From positions 25,358,001 through 25,422,000 of the forward strand of contig JBMRGM010000043.1 of assembly GCA_052327205.1 (NCBI GenBank): a stretch of DNA of 64,000 nucleotides, written 5' to 3'. Shown here one piece after another: positions 1-12,360 of this stretch. Position numbers and translations under genes: made by a program. The notes beneath the pieces are model-generated. The model saw only the letters and a program-made list of their open reading frames with translations. It did no database searches and had not been told where the DNA came from. How positions within the stretch are numbered: position 1 is the first letter of the stretch; each line of letters opens with the position of its first letter. This DNA is from Somniosus microcephalus. Lineage: Eukaryota.

Positions 1-355
1 GCTTGACAGGGTAGATTCAGGGGGGATGTTTCCCCTCATGGGGGAACCTAGAAGTAGGGGGCACAGTTTCAGGATAAGGGGTCGCCCATTTAAAACGGAT
101 ATGAGGAGGAAATTCTTCTCTCATAGCGCTGTGAATCTTTCAAATTCTCTACCCCAGTGAGCTGTGGAAGCGGATTCATTGATTGTATTCAAGGCGGAGA
201 TAGACATATATTTGAGCTACTGGGGAGTCAAGGGTTATGAGGAGCGGATGGGAAAGTGTCGTGAGGGCAAGATCAGATCAGCCATGATCTTATTGAATGG
301 CGGGGCAGATTAGAGGGGCCGAATGGCCTGCTCTTGCTCCTATTTATGTTTCTTA
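1..355 (+). mobile_element. CR1 LINE 3' end fragment
   Basis: Typical CR1 ORF2 C-terminal and 3'UTR sequence (…aggggccgaatggcct…ctcctattt…); paralogous to 60290-60645. Confidence 0.8.
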
Positions 356-646
356 CGAAATATCATGTAGATGTTACGAGCAGGTGTAAATTTAAACTAA
401 CTCAGCCTGGCCGAAAATGGACTTGGTCTTGTGAAATGCCTGTTGTCAATCGCAACCAATTTAACTCACCTACTACAATGGAGAGTAAAGTCCATTGGGT
501 GTAAACCCAGAAATTGTCCCGATCCCGTCAGTTTGCCGCCAGGGTGGGCGAAATTAAAATGACCCCGAATGAGGCTGGATTAATCTAATTCTGTCCATCA
601 ACGTGCCCAGATTGTTGCCTTTATAATGCATCTGCTTTATTTACAG

Positions 647-678
647 ATAACGATGGTGGCGCCTCAGGAAGGAAACAG
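647..678 (+). CDS. Gene A (FCRL-like) penultimate cytoplasmic mini-exon (NDGGASGRKQ)
   Basis: ttacag|…|gtaagt, 32 nt, phase 1 to 0; same exon at 60936-60967. Confidence 0.8.
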
Positions 679-1264
679 GTAAGTTATCTTTAGAGGGGAA
701 AGATGCTGCTGATAAATATCACAACCAATGCGGGTAGATTTCTAACGTACCTCCGCAAAGTAAAGCGTCGGCCATCAGTTATAGGAAAGACCCAATTGAA
801 ACACACACCCTTATCAAAAAGATATTCGTTTGGACTGTGAAACGAGCAGCACATTCGCTGTCCACCAGTTATGGTCCCACACTGCACAAAAGCAATTTTA
901 ACCCCGATGTCTATTATTCTCTATCATTGGGACATATATGCTGCTTGCGACTTGGGCTTAAAAAGTGCGATGACGATCTTTCACGCAGAATGGAAAACGC
1001 ACATTTTTAATTTGCAATGATTTGAATTAAAAATAGAATCCGGCAGTTCCAATCGACGCCAGTTTTAAGCCTGGGCCCAATTTCTGAAATCTATATCATT
1101 CTGTCTGCAAAGGTCGCTGCTAAACTGAATATATTGGCTCCACACCACTAAAGTAGCCCCTGATTAGTATTTTAAATCCAGACCATTATTTCCAACATTC
1201 AGTTGCCAGTTGTTTACAGAATAATAAAGAACATTGTAGTTTCGTTTCCCTGAAAGATCATTGC

Positions 1265-1862
1265 AAACATGGGTGCAGTAGCTTAGTGGTGACATAACTG
1301 GACTAGTAATCCAGAGACATCGACTAATGATCCGAAGACATAAGTTCAAATCCCACCATTGGCAGCTGGAGAAATTAAACTCAGTTAATTCAATAAATCT
1401 GGAATAAAAAGCTGATAACATTAATGATGACCATGACACACTCTGGTTGTTGTAAAACCCAACTAATGTCCTCAAGGAAGGAAATTGATTGTCCTTATCT
1501 GGTCTACCCTATATGTGACTCCAGACCCACTGACAATGTGGTTGACCATTAACTGCCCCTGAAATGGCCGAGCAAGCCGCTCAATTGTACCAAACTGCTC
1601 CGAAAATATGTTACCCTCATGGGAACACCTGCCCCTCCAAGTTACACACCATCCTGACTTGGAAGTATATTGCCGTTCCTTCATCACCGCTGGGTCAAAC
1701 TCCTAGAACTCAGTGCCTAACAGCACTGTGGGAGCAATGTAACTTCACAGATTGCAGTGTTTCAAGAAGGTGGTTCGCCACCACCTTCTAAAAGGCAATT
1801 AGGAATGGGCAATAAATGCTGGCTTTGCCAGCGACGCCCACATCCCGTGAATGAATAAAAAA
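1265..1862 (+). mobile_element. tRNA-derived SINE with LINE-derived 3' tail
   Basis: tRNA-like head (agcttagtgg…gttcaaatccc) and tail gccagcgacgcccacatccc-gtgaatgaataaaa; copy at 61557-62147. Confidence 0.75.
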
Positions 1863-2149
1863 TAATCATCCTTTGTTTAAATTTAGTCGGTTGTTTATTC
1901 ATTGCTAGTTTCATTCCAACCATTTTATTTTGATTTTTTACTCAGAGAGGAATCATAAGTCGAAGGGTGTGACCTCAGCCAGTTAATTGTCAGTAGATTT
2001 GACCATACTGTAAATCGGGTGATATTGAATTCGCCATCCATTATCCATCTCTCCCGACTTCTCTTCCACTGAAATCACCACTGATTCTCTCTCGGCAGCT
2101 GTGCATCACCGACCGAAACCAATTTCAACCCCATATTCTTTAATTGCAG

Positions 2150-2278
2150 GATAACAAGAATGGCCCCAGTGACTATTGTGTCGTATACGCCACAGTTAAC
2201 CGTACAAACACTGTAGCTAGTTTGGAAGGAGGTCCAATGGAAGAAGGCTGCGTCTACGAAAACCTCCCACGGAAATAA
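2150..2278 (+). CDS. Gene A terminal exon, ITIM-bearing tail DNKNGPSDYCVVYATVNRTNTVASLEGGPMEEGCVYENLPRK*
   Basis: ttgcag acceptor, open phase-0 frame to TAA; VVYATV fits the ITIM consensus V-x-Y-x-x-V; second Tyr motif CVYENL. Confidence 0.85.
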   Translation, partial: DNKNGPSDYCVVYATVNRTNTVASLEGGPMEEGCVYENLPRK

Positions 2279-3299
2279 GAGTGAAGCAGGATTAAAAAGC
2301 ATCGAAACAACGAGAAAAATGAATGCAGGAAACGTCAATCACCTTGTGCTATGCTCAAATTACCTGGCCTCAGGGACTTTAGTCTGAAGGCAGGTGAGGC
2401 CATTGTTCCTTGTGCAAGGTCTTCAAGGCACAGAGATCCTGCCCACCAGCAATTAAATATAAACCCATGCTTTACCCTGAAAGGACTTTATAACTCGAGG
2501 GACATCATGTCGCATGTTTTGCAGCTTATATTTTGCAGAAGGATCCTACGTGTGGCTTTGGTGGTGCTGCGTGCAAGACTATACTGTGTGTAAGACTATT
2601 ACATCGGAACATACACGCAGTTTATCGATGTTCTAATGCAATTAATTAATTGATGCGTTGGGGCTCTTGCTCTCATAATCCACCAGTGTTCTTGCATTCT
2701 TCCATAACTGCAGAGGGAGTTCAGTAGATCCCCTGGAGAAATTATGCAAATGCCCGAAGAAGGTGGGTGAAATCCTGTAGCAATTTCTAGGGTCAATTTT
2801 ATCTTTAGTCATGTTGTAAAATGAGTGCTATCAAATTGACCACTGATATAACCCCACGACATATTTACATATCCATTAAATTCAATATAAAGGAAAAGCG
2901 GGCATGATGTAAATTGGGAGACATGATTGGTATCGTACATTTCCCATCCTCACCCAAAGTTCAAATTAGTTCCAATCTATCTGAATGCCACAAGTAAACT
3001 GTATAGCGTAAGTGGTTGCAGTTTAATCTTCATGACCTGCGAGTTTAGCATTCCATGGGCAGACCGCATGATAGAATATCTGGTGGGGAGGATGTCCCAT
3101 TACTTGCAAAGCCAATCGAATTTTGCTTTCTTTCAGGCTTTAAAAATCAGGCCATTCTGTTACCGGTATTCCTCTTGCCAAATATTCCTTCCACGTTCCA
3201 GCGGTAAAGACTGAACTCTACCTCACCATATATTAGTGCCAAATGCATAAGTCATAGCGTTTTTTAATGCTACATGTTATGATGGGATTTTAAAAAATT

Positions 3300-4640
3300 A
3301 CACAGAACTTAAAGCTCAGTAACCGGCCATTCTGTCCAACTTATCTGTGCTGGTGTTTATGTTCCACACGCAAAACTTCTCACCTTCATTCATCTAATCC
3401 TATCAACATCTCCTTTAATTCCTTTCTCTCTTTGGTACTTAACCAGCTTCCCCTTTATCTAGCTTTCGCTTCAACCACTCCATGTAGGAGCAAGGTCCAC
3501 ACTCTCACCACTGCCTGGGAAAGATGTTTTTCCTGATTCTTTATTGCATGCATTAGCGACTATCTTATATTAATATAAAACTTCAGAAATTTCTATAAGT
3601 GGAATCATCTTCTCTATGCATAACCTATCAAACCCCTTCATAAACTTAAAGAACACTACTCGGTCTCCCCACAGCCTTCTGCTTTCTACAGAAAAGAATC
3701 CCAGTCTATTAGGTATATCTTGAGTGTTAAGACATTTCAGTTCTCTTATAATCCTCCTCAATCCTTTTTAACTTCTCTTGTTCTATTATATCCATTTAGT
3801 AATATATTACATAAGCACATTAGAATTAGGAGCAGGAGTAGGCCATTTGGTCTCTCCAGGCTGCTCTGGCATTCAATAAGATCATGGCTAATCTTCAAAC
3901 TTAACTCCACTTCTCCGCCCGATCTCCATGTCTCTTATTCCAACTAGAAACCAAAAATCAATCTTATCTCAGCCTTGAATGTACTCAATGATTCTGCATA
4001 CACAGCTAATTGGGAAATATGATTCCAAAGAGTCACAAACCTCTGAGAGAATTAATGTCTCCTCATGGCTGACCCCATATCTTGAGACTATGCCCCCTAG
4101 TTCTAGACTGTCCAGTCAGGTGAAAGAGCCTGTCAGCATTTATCCTGCAAATCCCCCTCAGAATCGTATGTTTCAATGAGATCACCTCTTATTCTTCTAA
4201 AATCCAGTGAGTATGGTCCCAATCTACTCAACCTCTCCTCATCGGACAACCCTCTCATCCCGGGAATCAACCATAGTGGACCTTCATTGAACCGCCTTTA
4301 AGCTAGAGACCACAAGAGGACACAATACTTTAATGTGGTCCAACTACGTTTCTATACACATTTAACATGGCTTCTCTGCTTTTCAATTCTTTTCCTCTAG
4401 AAATGGACTCCAATACTTTGGTATCATTTTTAAGGCGCTGTCAACTTGCATTACTAATTTTAATGATTTGTGAATGTTTACCCCTGGATCCCTTTGCTCC
4501 TCTACCCCATTTAGATTCTTTTTTTGCGAGTATTAAGTGGCTTCCTCAGTCCCCCTACCAAAACTCACAAACTAACTATGATAAAATTTGCTTGCCATGT
4601 ACACGCCTATTCTGAAAGTTTATTTAAATATTTTTATATT
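3300..4640 (-). mobile_element. Nested CR1 fragments
   Basis: Reverse-strand CR1 ORF2 remnants (LGFFSVESRRLWGD…) and two 3' ends. Confidence 0.75.
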
Positions 4641-5189
4641 TTCTCGTGTTTTGACAGCTTTTTATCGTTGAATAATAATAAATATAATTTTAAGAAATAT
4701 TCCCTGTTGTTCACAGATTGACAAACAAGTGTAAGTCTATTCATTAGGATTTCAAGCAAACATTCTGCTAATTCAATGCACAAATACAGCGGCTTAAGTT
4801 GGTAACTGGGCAATGACCATAACGTTCTGCCGGTGTTTCACTGGAGACTCCCTCCAATTGATTGGGTAAGACAGGGGAGGAAAATGTATTTCTGGCGACT
4901 TTCACTCATAATCCGCTGCATGTTTAATATATATATATTTATTTTAATCAATAAATATTCTGGGATGTGGCACAATACGAATATGGAAACAATTATTTTT
5001 GGCGATGGCGTCATAATGATTAACCTCTTTTTCTGAAAATTAGAGAAAGGAATAACAAAAATTACGTCAGTTCCTTATGGGCATTCCACATAAAGTGTTA
5101 TAGCGCATTGTCACTCTGTTTTTATCTACCCATCGATCTATCATTTTGTGTTTGTCCTACTACCTATCTAACTATCTCTCTGTATATTC

Positions 5190-5880
5190 ATCATCAGTAT
5201 AACAAATAATCAAAGGCATGCATCAATAGGACAGTTGAATTTCCAATCATAGATTGTATCAGTAGAATGGTACAGGCACTAACCATAGACCTGTATCAGT
5301 AGTACAGTATAATTGATAAACATAGGCCTGTACGAGTAGGACATTAAAGTTTCAAAAATCTGCCTGTACCGAAAGGACAGTATAGTTACTATTCAAAGTC
5401 CTGCAGCAATAGGACAATATAAACAGTCATCAAAATATCTGAGCCAGTATGAGAGTTTCGGTATTCACCATAGGCCTGCACCTTCTTACAGTATAGTTAA
5501 TGATTAGAGACCTGCAGCAGTCGGACATTATAGGCACTAATCACAGGCCTGTATCAGAAGGACAGTGAATATACTGAGCATTGACCGGCACCTGTAGGGC
5601 TATGTACTAATTACTAACTGCACGAGTAGTAAATTAAAGGTTCCTTATCCAGTGGCTCTGTATGGGTCCGAATCATAGACCAACACCAATATAACGGTAC
5701 AGATTTTAATTGGATTTCGCCACAGTAGTATAGCGTCGGTATTTTTTGGAGATCTGGGCAATGGGGACAATTTAGCTATCAATAGCTGACCTGTACTAGA
5801 AGTGGTGTCCAAGTGCTGATCATATACATTCTGCAGTAGGAGAGTCGAGGCAGCAATCATAGACCTGCAGCATTAGGTGA
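5190..5880. repeat. Degenerate ~37-bp minisatellite upstream of gene B
   Basis: Recurrent aggacagtata…cacagacctgtaccagt units at ~37-nt spacing (e.g. 5290, 5327, 5363, 5400). Confidence 0.75.
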
Positions 5881-6220
5881 TACCTAGAGTGAGCCCGAGA
5901 GAGGATCAATATTGTTCGGCTCAAGGAGATGCCTCATACAAGCCTGGTTTTAGGCTTCAGTAATTTGAGAGACGAATCACCTAGCTGCGAAACATTACTG
6001 ACTGGATCAAGCTCTCGGGACTTCAATGGTTAATTGTGCCAGAGTGTAACAGGTTCAGTGGTCTGATTTTTCACTGGTATCAGCACTTCGCCTCCCTTCC
6101 CCCTCTACCGTTGTACCAGGCCACACACACAGAGCTGGGGTGACCGCTTGCAAAAGCCAATGACAAAAACAATCCTTCAGCCTGGGGCCACAGACCAGGC
6201 CAGTCCCTGTGTTAACGGTA

Positions 6221-6303
6221 GAAAATGCTGGAAAATATATTTATTTTCCAGCATTTTCTGTTGTAATTTCGGATTTCCAGCATCTGCAGTATTTTGCTAT
6301 CGT
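6221..6303. mobile_element. Short Penelope-terminal-repeat insertion with fold-back end and 14-bp TSD
   Basis: TSD ctgtgttaacggta at 6207-6220 and 6304-6317; single copy at the paralogous site ~31898; sequence resembles the Penelope end at 22000-22060. Confidence 0.75.
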
Positions 6304-6537
6304 CTGTGTTAACGGTACAAGCTGCGGTTAGAATAAATCATGTTTAAAACAGTTTGAAGAGATGTCTCCGGCCTGTATTCCAACTGTTCCCTACTGTTAA
6401 GAATTTATTTTAAAACTGACAGGGCTCAGTTAACTTTTCAGCATTAGGGTGGACTCGTCATCACGTCCGGTTTAATTTCCTCTTGTCTCCAATGTGGTCA
6501 GAAGTCAGACTGCTCTCAGTGCGCAGTCGCCTTGTGC

Positions 6538-6608
6538 ATGGACAGTGAGCTCCACAGCTGCAGACTGCTCCCGGGGAACTCGCTCCAGCCGCTGTCTCCT
6601 CATTCCCC
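6538..6608 (+). other. Gene B putative 5'UTR exon 3' part with uORF
   Basis: ATG 6538, donor gtaagt at 6609; next acceptor ends at 6706; conserved at 32128-32198. Confidence 0.5.
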
Positions 6609-6790
6609 GTAAGTACAGACTCGGGATCTGCGCGTGCGGGCGTTTGGTACTGAAGAATTAGAACAGTGTCAGCGGCTGAATGTGATTCTATGATATCACT
6701 TTTCAGGTGAACTGAACATAAAATAGTTAATCCGAAGTGCGCGTCTTCACAGAGGGAGGTGGACTGCTGCTCGGATCCCCCGCATTCGAA

Positions 6791-6821
6791 ATGAAGCACA
6801 TCTGTCGCCTTCTGCTCTTCT
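6791..6821 (+). CDS. Gene B leader exon S1 (MKHICRLLLF)
   Basis: ATG, hydrophobic stretch, phase-1 gtaagt donor; paralog 32709-32739. Confidence 0.8.
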
Positions 6822-8602
6822 GTAAGTGAATCTCGAATATTTCCACTGCTTTTGAAAATCTGCGTCACTCACGCCGGACACATAATCAGATTAATAAAGC
6901 TCATTCTGTGAGAGGGATCATCACGCTAAGTTAATATTCGGTCTTTATTAAGGTCAAACATTCAATTAACATGCATTGTAATGTCATTTCTATGCTTCAG
7001 TTTTAATCAGAATTTAGTGCAACAACAGAAATAAGTTTGCTTAGTCTGGCTAACAAGATCTTTCTGCTCATCTAAGGGGATCCCTCTTCACTATTAAAGG
7101 TTGCAGCCCACTTAAGATTGCTTCTAAATGGTCCAATATTCGATATTTTACCAATTATTTAGCCTCACCCGCAGAAACTGTTTGGACATTTCTTATTCTT
7201 GTAGTTTTGTTTCTTAAAATAAAATTAACATTTTTATGCACTTCATATCAAGTATCAGCGTTTGCTCAGTTGACTCACTCTCACAAATTTCATTTAATAT
7301 ATGCGGTGAGCTTTACAGTGCGTGGTTTCTGTAGCTAGATGTAAAACGTGGTCCATATCATTGCTTGATGATTGCCAGTGCCTCAGGCACGCTTCTTGTT
7401 GAACATCAGCCGCAGAGAGAGAGAGAGAGCGGCAGAGCGAGAGAGAGAGGCAGTGCGAGAGAGTCAGAGCGAGGGACAAACAGATAGCGGCAGAGAGATA
7501 CAGGTAGTCAGAGATAGGAAGAGAGTAAAAATCTAGATGTGCTCGAGGGAGAGTGACAGAGAGAGAGAGAGGGCAGGAGTGTTTTCCAACTCAGCTTTGC
7601 ACATTCACTATGAAGGGCTTATTTTATTTTCTGTTGTGTGGGACAAAATAGACATTAACGGGACGACATCCCATGAGCTAACAAAGCTGAGGAGAACACA
7701 TTTACTATGATTTAACTTGACCTAAACTGATGGCTTAAGGGTATTTGGCAGGGAAATGTATAATGCTGGATCTTCAGTTTTAATTTCTGATGCTGTTTAC
7801 TGGAATTTAGACAGAAGTGACTCTTTATGAACACATGACATTGAGGCTGCCTGCCTGTGAGATGCTGACGTCAGCGCTCTGTTGTCTTGTTAACCACTGG
7901 ACCACAAGAACAGAAAACAGGAACAAACAACATGGTTTGCATTTTTAATGTACCACCGATTCTTTCACCAGAATCTCATCTATTTTAATAACTTCACATT
8001 AGTTGTGCAACCATGTTGGTCACTGCTAGTTCCACAGATTAATGAGGTAGAGCTTAAAATATGTGAAGTTAATCTCAAATTGTTCTTTCTTGAGCTTATA
8101 ATAGGCCCCATGATTTATGTGTTGCATAGCACATAAAACCCAATTTGTGAAAAGAATTGGCCTAACTGAATGCTTGAAACATTCACCTTAATGAATCATA
8201 GCTGGACGAAAGTCCCAGGTTCCACATGTTGAACAATGAAATACAGACACATCTGCATTGACCATTGACCCTTTTGCAATTATTTTTGCAAAGTTTGCAG
8301 CAACAGGCATTGCCTTAGTAGTGTGATTCCTGTGGTCTGAGGCGCGACAAAAGCTTTCTGCTGCTTTCTGCTTCTAGCTGCTGGGTCACATACTGTCTTC
8401 ATGGGCATCAGTTGCAACCAAGTCAATACTTGTAATTCTGAACAGGTTAAAGATGAGTTAACTGATGATAGGAACATAACAACAGGGGTAGGCCATTCAG
8501 CCCTTCGAGGCTGTTCTGTCATTCAATTATATCATGGTTGATCTGTATCTCCGCTCCAATTACCCCACTTTGCTCAACATCCATTTTTACCCTTACTCAA
8601 CT

Positions 8603-8995
8603 AGTGTCAGCCGTGGCTCAGTGTACAGCATTCTCGCCTCAGAGTCAGAAGGATCGTGGATTCCGGTCCCACTACAGGGACTTGAGCACAATCAACTAAG
8701 CTTATACTCCAGTGCAGTGCTGAGGGAGTGCCGCACTGTCGGATTGGCCGATTTTTGGAATTGATGTTAAAGTGAGGCCCCCTCAGGGGAGTTATTCCTG
8801 GTGCATTGGTCAATATTTGTCCCTCAATCAACGTAACAAAAACAGATATTCTGGTCATTATCAACATCATTGTGTGAAAATTGGCTGCCACATTTCCTAC
8901 AGTCACTAAACTTTAGAAGTCCTTAATTGGTATTGAAACGCTTTTGGAAGTTCGGAGGTCTTGAGAGGCACTATACAATTGCGAATATTTCTTTC
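8603..8995 (+). mobile_element. DeuSINE (SacSINE1/AmnSINE-type)
   Basis: tRNA-like head plus Deu-domain-like sequence (…caatatttgtccctcaatcaac…ctggtcattatc…ttggctgcc…); copy at 35006-35395. Confidence 0.75.
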
Positions 8996-9558
8996 ATTTT
9001 ATAACAAAAATCTATCGATCTCCATCTTGAAAGCACCAACATACCCCCAGAATCCACAGCGTTTTTTGCAAAGAGCGTTGCAATTTCTCACTACACATTG
9101 TGTGAAAAAGTGCTTCCTGATTTCCATCCTAAATGGCTTATGAACAATTTTAAAGAAATGTTCCCTGCTCCTTGACAGAACAATCACACTAACTGGCTCT
9201 CAGAACAATGAACATTTTATTAATTGTGAGTTTCCTTTCATCTGGCAGTAACTTTTCCAAGTAGCCCTCAGACCATTAGGAACTTAAATAAAAACAATGT
9301 ATCTTTGTTCGTGAGAGGGACAATTGGCATCATTCGATGTATTAATATTTTACATTTACTTCAACTTAACTGAATACATGTCGCCACATATAGACTGGTG
9401 GCAAATGTGTTACTGCCTGTTTTATGTCCCTGCCGAATTCGAATTTCACCCCCTGTGTCTTTCTAACATTCAGCTGCCTTACAGCTGAGCAGCTTAGGTC
9501 AAACTTGAAGATGGTCTCAAATAATGAAACATATTTTACATTGTCTTCTCTATTTCAG

Positions 9559-9588
9559 TGCAAATTACACATCAGGCGACCACACAAG
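9559..9588 (+). CDS. Gene B leader mini-exon S2 (LQITHQATTQ)
   Basis: tatttcag|30 nt|gtttga, phase 1-1; paralog 35959-35988. Confidence 0.75.
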
Positions 9589-10261
9589 GTTTGATGACAA
9601 TAACGTCCATTAATGATAATAATTCAGTTTGTGGAATGAACGCTTCCAATTTATATCTATAGGACAGCAGCAATCCAGCAATTGAGTAATTGGCAGCTGG
9701 TCACCCGAGGATAAAACTGACCTTCTGGATACGCAACCTTTAAGAGACATGCTCAATCATCATTTTCATTGATTCAGGGTGAATGTAAAGTGGGTGCTTT
9801 CTCTAATGATCTTCCAATTCGAACCCTAGTTTTAACCTCAGCACCAAGTTTAATTTCTACCACAATATAATAAAGAGACAGTGGCCTAGAAATTGGACTG
9901 GGTACCTGCCAAATCATTTAACTGAGGATTGGCGGTGAATAATAATAATTGAGTAAATAAATGGATGGATTGTTAGACAGCTCTTTGGTGAAGTAACAGA
10001 GAATGCTGATGACATTAGTGCGGTTAAATGTTGTGTTTGTAGACTTTCAAAAAATGCTTAATGAAGTACCATATAACAGACTTGTTAGCAAAAATCGTAT
10101 TGTTATCATTGCGATTAAGGGGTACGGTCAGCGTGGTTAAGAAATTCTCTGAGACAAAAAGCAGAGAGTAGTTTTAAATTTTCACTTTCTGTGACTGGAA
10201 GGGAATATTCAGTGTTAATCAGAGAGTCGTGGAATTATACAGCGCAGAAAGAGGCCCTCAA

Positions 10262-10697
10262 CATAAGATAAGAAGTAGGAGCAGGAGTAGGCCATATGGC
10301 CCCTCGGGCTTGCTCCACCATTCAATAGGAGCATGGCTGATCCGAACTTAGACTCACGTCCACTTCCCTGCCCTGTCCCCATAACCCCTTACTCCCTTAT
10401 CAGCTAGGAAAGTGTCTATCTCTGTGTTAAATTTATTTAATGTCGCAGCTTCCACAGCTCTCTGAGGTAGCAAATTGCATAGAATTACTACCCTCTGAGT
10501 GAAGAAGTTTCTCCTCATCTCAGTTTTGAAAGGGCAGCCACTTATTCTAAGATTATGCCCCCTAGTTCTAGTCGCACCCATCGGTGGAAACATCCTCACC
10601 GCATCCACCCGATCAAGCCCCTCACAATCTTATATGTTTCGATAAGTTCGCCTCTCATTCTTCTGAATTCCAATGAGTAGAGGCCTAACCTACTCAT
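10262..10697 (-). mobile_element. CR1 3' end at the junction where gene B's Ig exons are missing
   Basis: ORF 10354-10608 (RTRGHNLRI…EMRRNFFTQRVV) is CR1 ORF2 C-terminus. Confidence 0.85.
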
Positions 10698-11420
10698 TGT
10701 ACTTGATCTGATTATACCAATAACTTTTCTTTCGGCAAAGCAAAGACTATATTGAATTCGCCTGATGTATACCTCATAAACGACACCTCACACCGCAGGT
10801 GAACATTTAGAAGTTGAGCTTATGAATAAGAAATTGAACATAATACGGGAAAATGTTCTGAAATAAAAAGCAGCATTTCCCAAGTGCGTTTTCTAATTTG
10901 AAATGCACAGGGAAATTACAGGAGCTTGGAGAGAAAGTCAGAGAGTGAGAGATTGGAAGTGGTAAGAAATACCTTGGCTGAAAATAACAGTATTGTGAAG
11001 GCCTTTGCAGCAGGATGTAGCAGAGATGGAAATAGGATTAATGAGGTGGTTTAGGACAGTTGAGCCAATGCACTTTCACTAATGGTGTGATGATGGAAGC
11101 TGCTAATCTGAATCGGCCAGAAACAATTGACTGCATGGTGTAAAGACAGTGAAAAATGTGGACGAGATATGTCAGAACTATGGTGAATATAAATAGCAGG
11201 GTTTTAAATTTGTGCGTTGAAGGACAGGGAGCTCGATGGGCACAATGTTGAGTAGCTTTCAGTTTGGGACAGGAAACTTTGGATTAGTTGGAGTTGTGGA
11301 TGGCAGCGCTTGGATCCCAGAAAGGAAATCATTGAAGTCAATGAGGCTAGAGCTGACAAATCCATGATTCAGTTTTCAGGAGGGACTAAGTTGGGGAGGG
11401 AGGAAATCATTTCTATGCAG

Positions 11421-11476
11421 TTGCTAATATGACTAAACCTCCTCTGCAAAGTGAATTCGTCACGGGGCAGTGACTG
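11421..11476 (+). pseudogene. Remnant of the 3' end of a D6-type Ig exon in gene B
   Basis: Aligns to ~45215-45281, and the downstream intron (gtgagt-ttataagta…) matches 45282-45660; frameshifted. Confidence 0.65.
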
Positions 11477-11999
11477 GTGAGTCATTATAAGTAACTAGGT
11501 GGCAAAACAAAACAGGTGGCTCAAAGGCCGAGCAGCGCGGGAATTACTGCTTGTGCCATAAGCTTGAATGGTGTAACATCTCCTTTGACATCCATCTGAT
11601 TGAAGGGAGGCACTGCGCCATTTATATTAAACAGGTGAATGAAAAAAATACAAGGAATTTCATCTTAAGGCATCAAGTATTAATTCTAAAAATCAATAAA
11701 GTTTTTTGAAGGTTTAACTGAATAGATCTCTTTTTATCAATGTCAAATAGAGGGAATTTATACAGATAGGTCAATGTTTAAAGTCTTAATACAAGAATCA
11801 GCAATTTCTGTGCTGTAGATTTTAGAGTATAATTTCTCGACAGTCGTTGCTAATGTACTTCATCTCAAATAGAATAGATAGGTTCGAGCCCTTGTTCGAT
11901 TGGCATCAGTGGAGCTCCCAGTCTGCAGTCTCGAGTTATGTTGAAGGCATCGCCCTGAGGGCTAATTTTAACTTTGGGAGAAGGTGTAACATGAGTCAT

Positions 12000-12360
12000 A
12001 TAGAATACATAGAGACATAGAGACTTGCAGCACAGAAGGAGGCCATTCAGCCCTTCGTGCTTATGCTGGCTCTTACAAAGATCAGACGTGCTTAGTCCTA
12101 CACACCCGCCTTTTGTCCATAGATTCTTAATCCTCAAGTACCTGCCCAACTCCCCTTTCAAATTATTGATGGAATCTGCTTCCACCATATTTTCAGGCGG
12201 AGCTTTCCAGATTCCGACAACTCTCTGAGTGTGAACAAAATCTCTTCATCTCCTCACTAATTTTTTGCCAATTATTTTAAACCGGTGACCTCTGGCAATT
12301 GACCCACTCGCCAGAGGTAATAGTTTTGCTCAAACTACACGATCAAAACCGCTCATCATC
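12000..12360 (-). mobile_element. CR1 3' end fragment
   Basis: Reverse CR1 tail and VEADSINNLKGELGRYL remnant. Confidence 0.7.

Larger units (their letters stand above)
1..3704 (+). repeat. Segmental duplicate of 60290-64000 (3' end of the array unit)
   Basis: Colinear similarity across CR1, mini-exon, SINE, last exon and 3' flank; offset ~60.3 kb. Confidence 0.95.
5880..10200 (+). repeat. Segmental duplicate of ~31590-36570 (promoter, 5'UTR exon, leader exons)
   Basis: Colinear similarity including both leader exons and the DeuSINE. Confidence 0.95.

Noticed and set aside
1265-1365. tRNA-like sequence
   Set aside because: It is a SINE head that continues into SINE body and tail, not a tRNA gene
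6461-6868. Minus-strand ORFs (135 aa here, 177 aa at 31904-32437) similar to each other
   Set aside because: Similarity reflects the duplicated promoter/5'UTR; they are antisense to the real leader exons and have no recognisable domain
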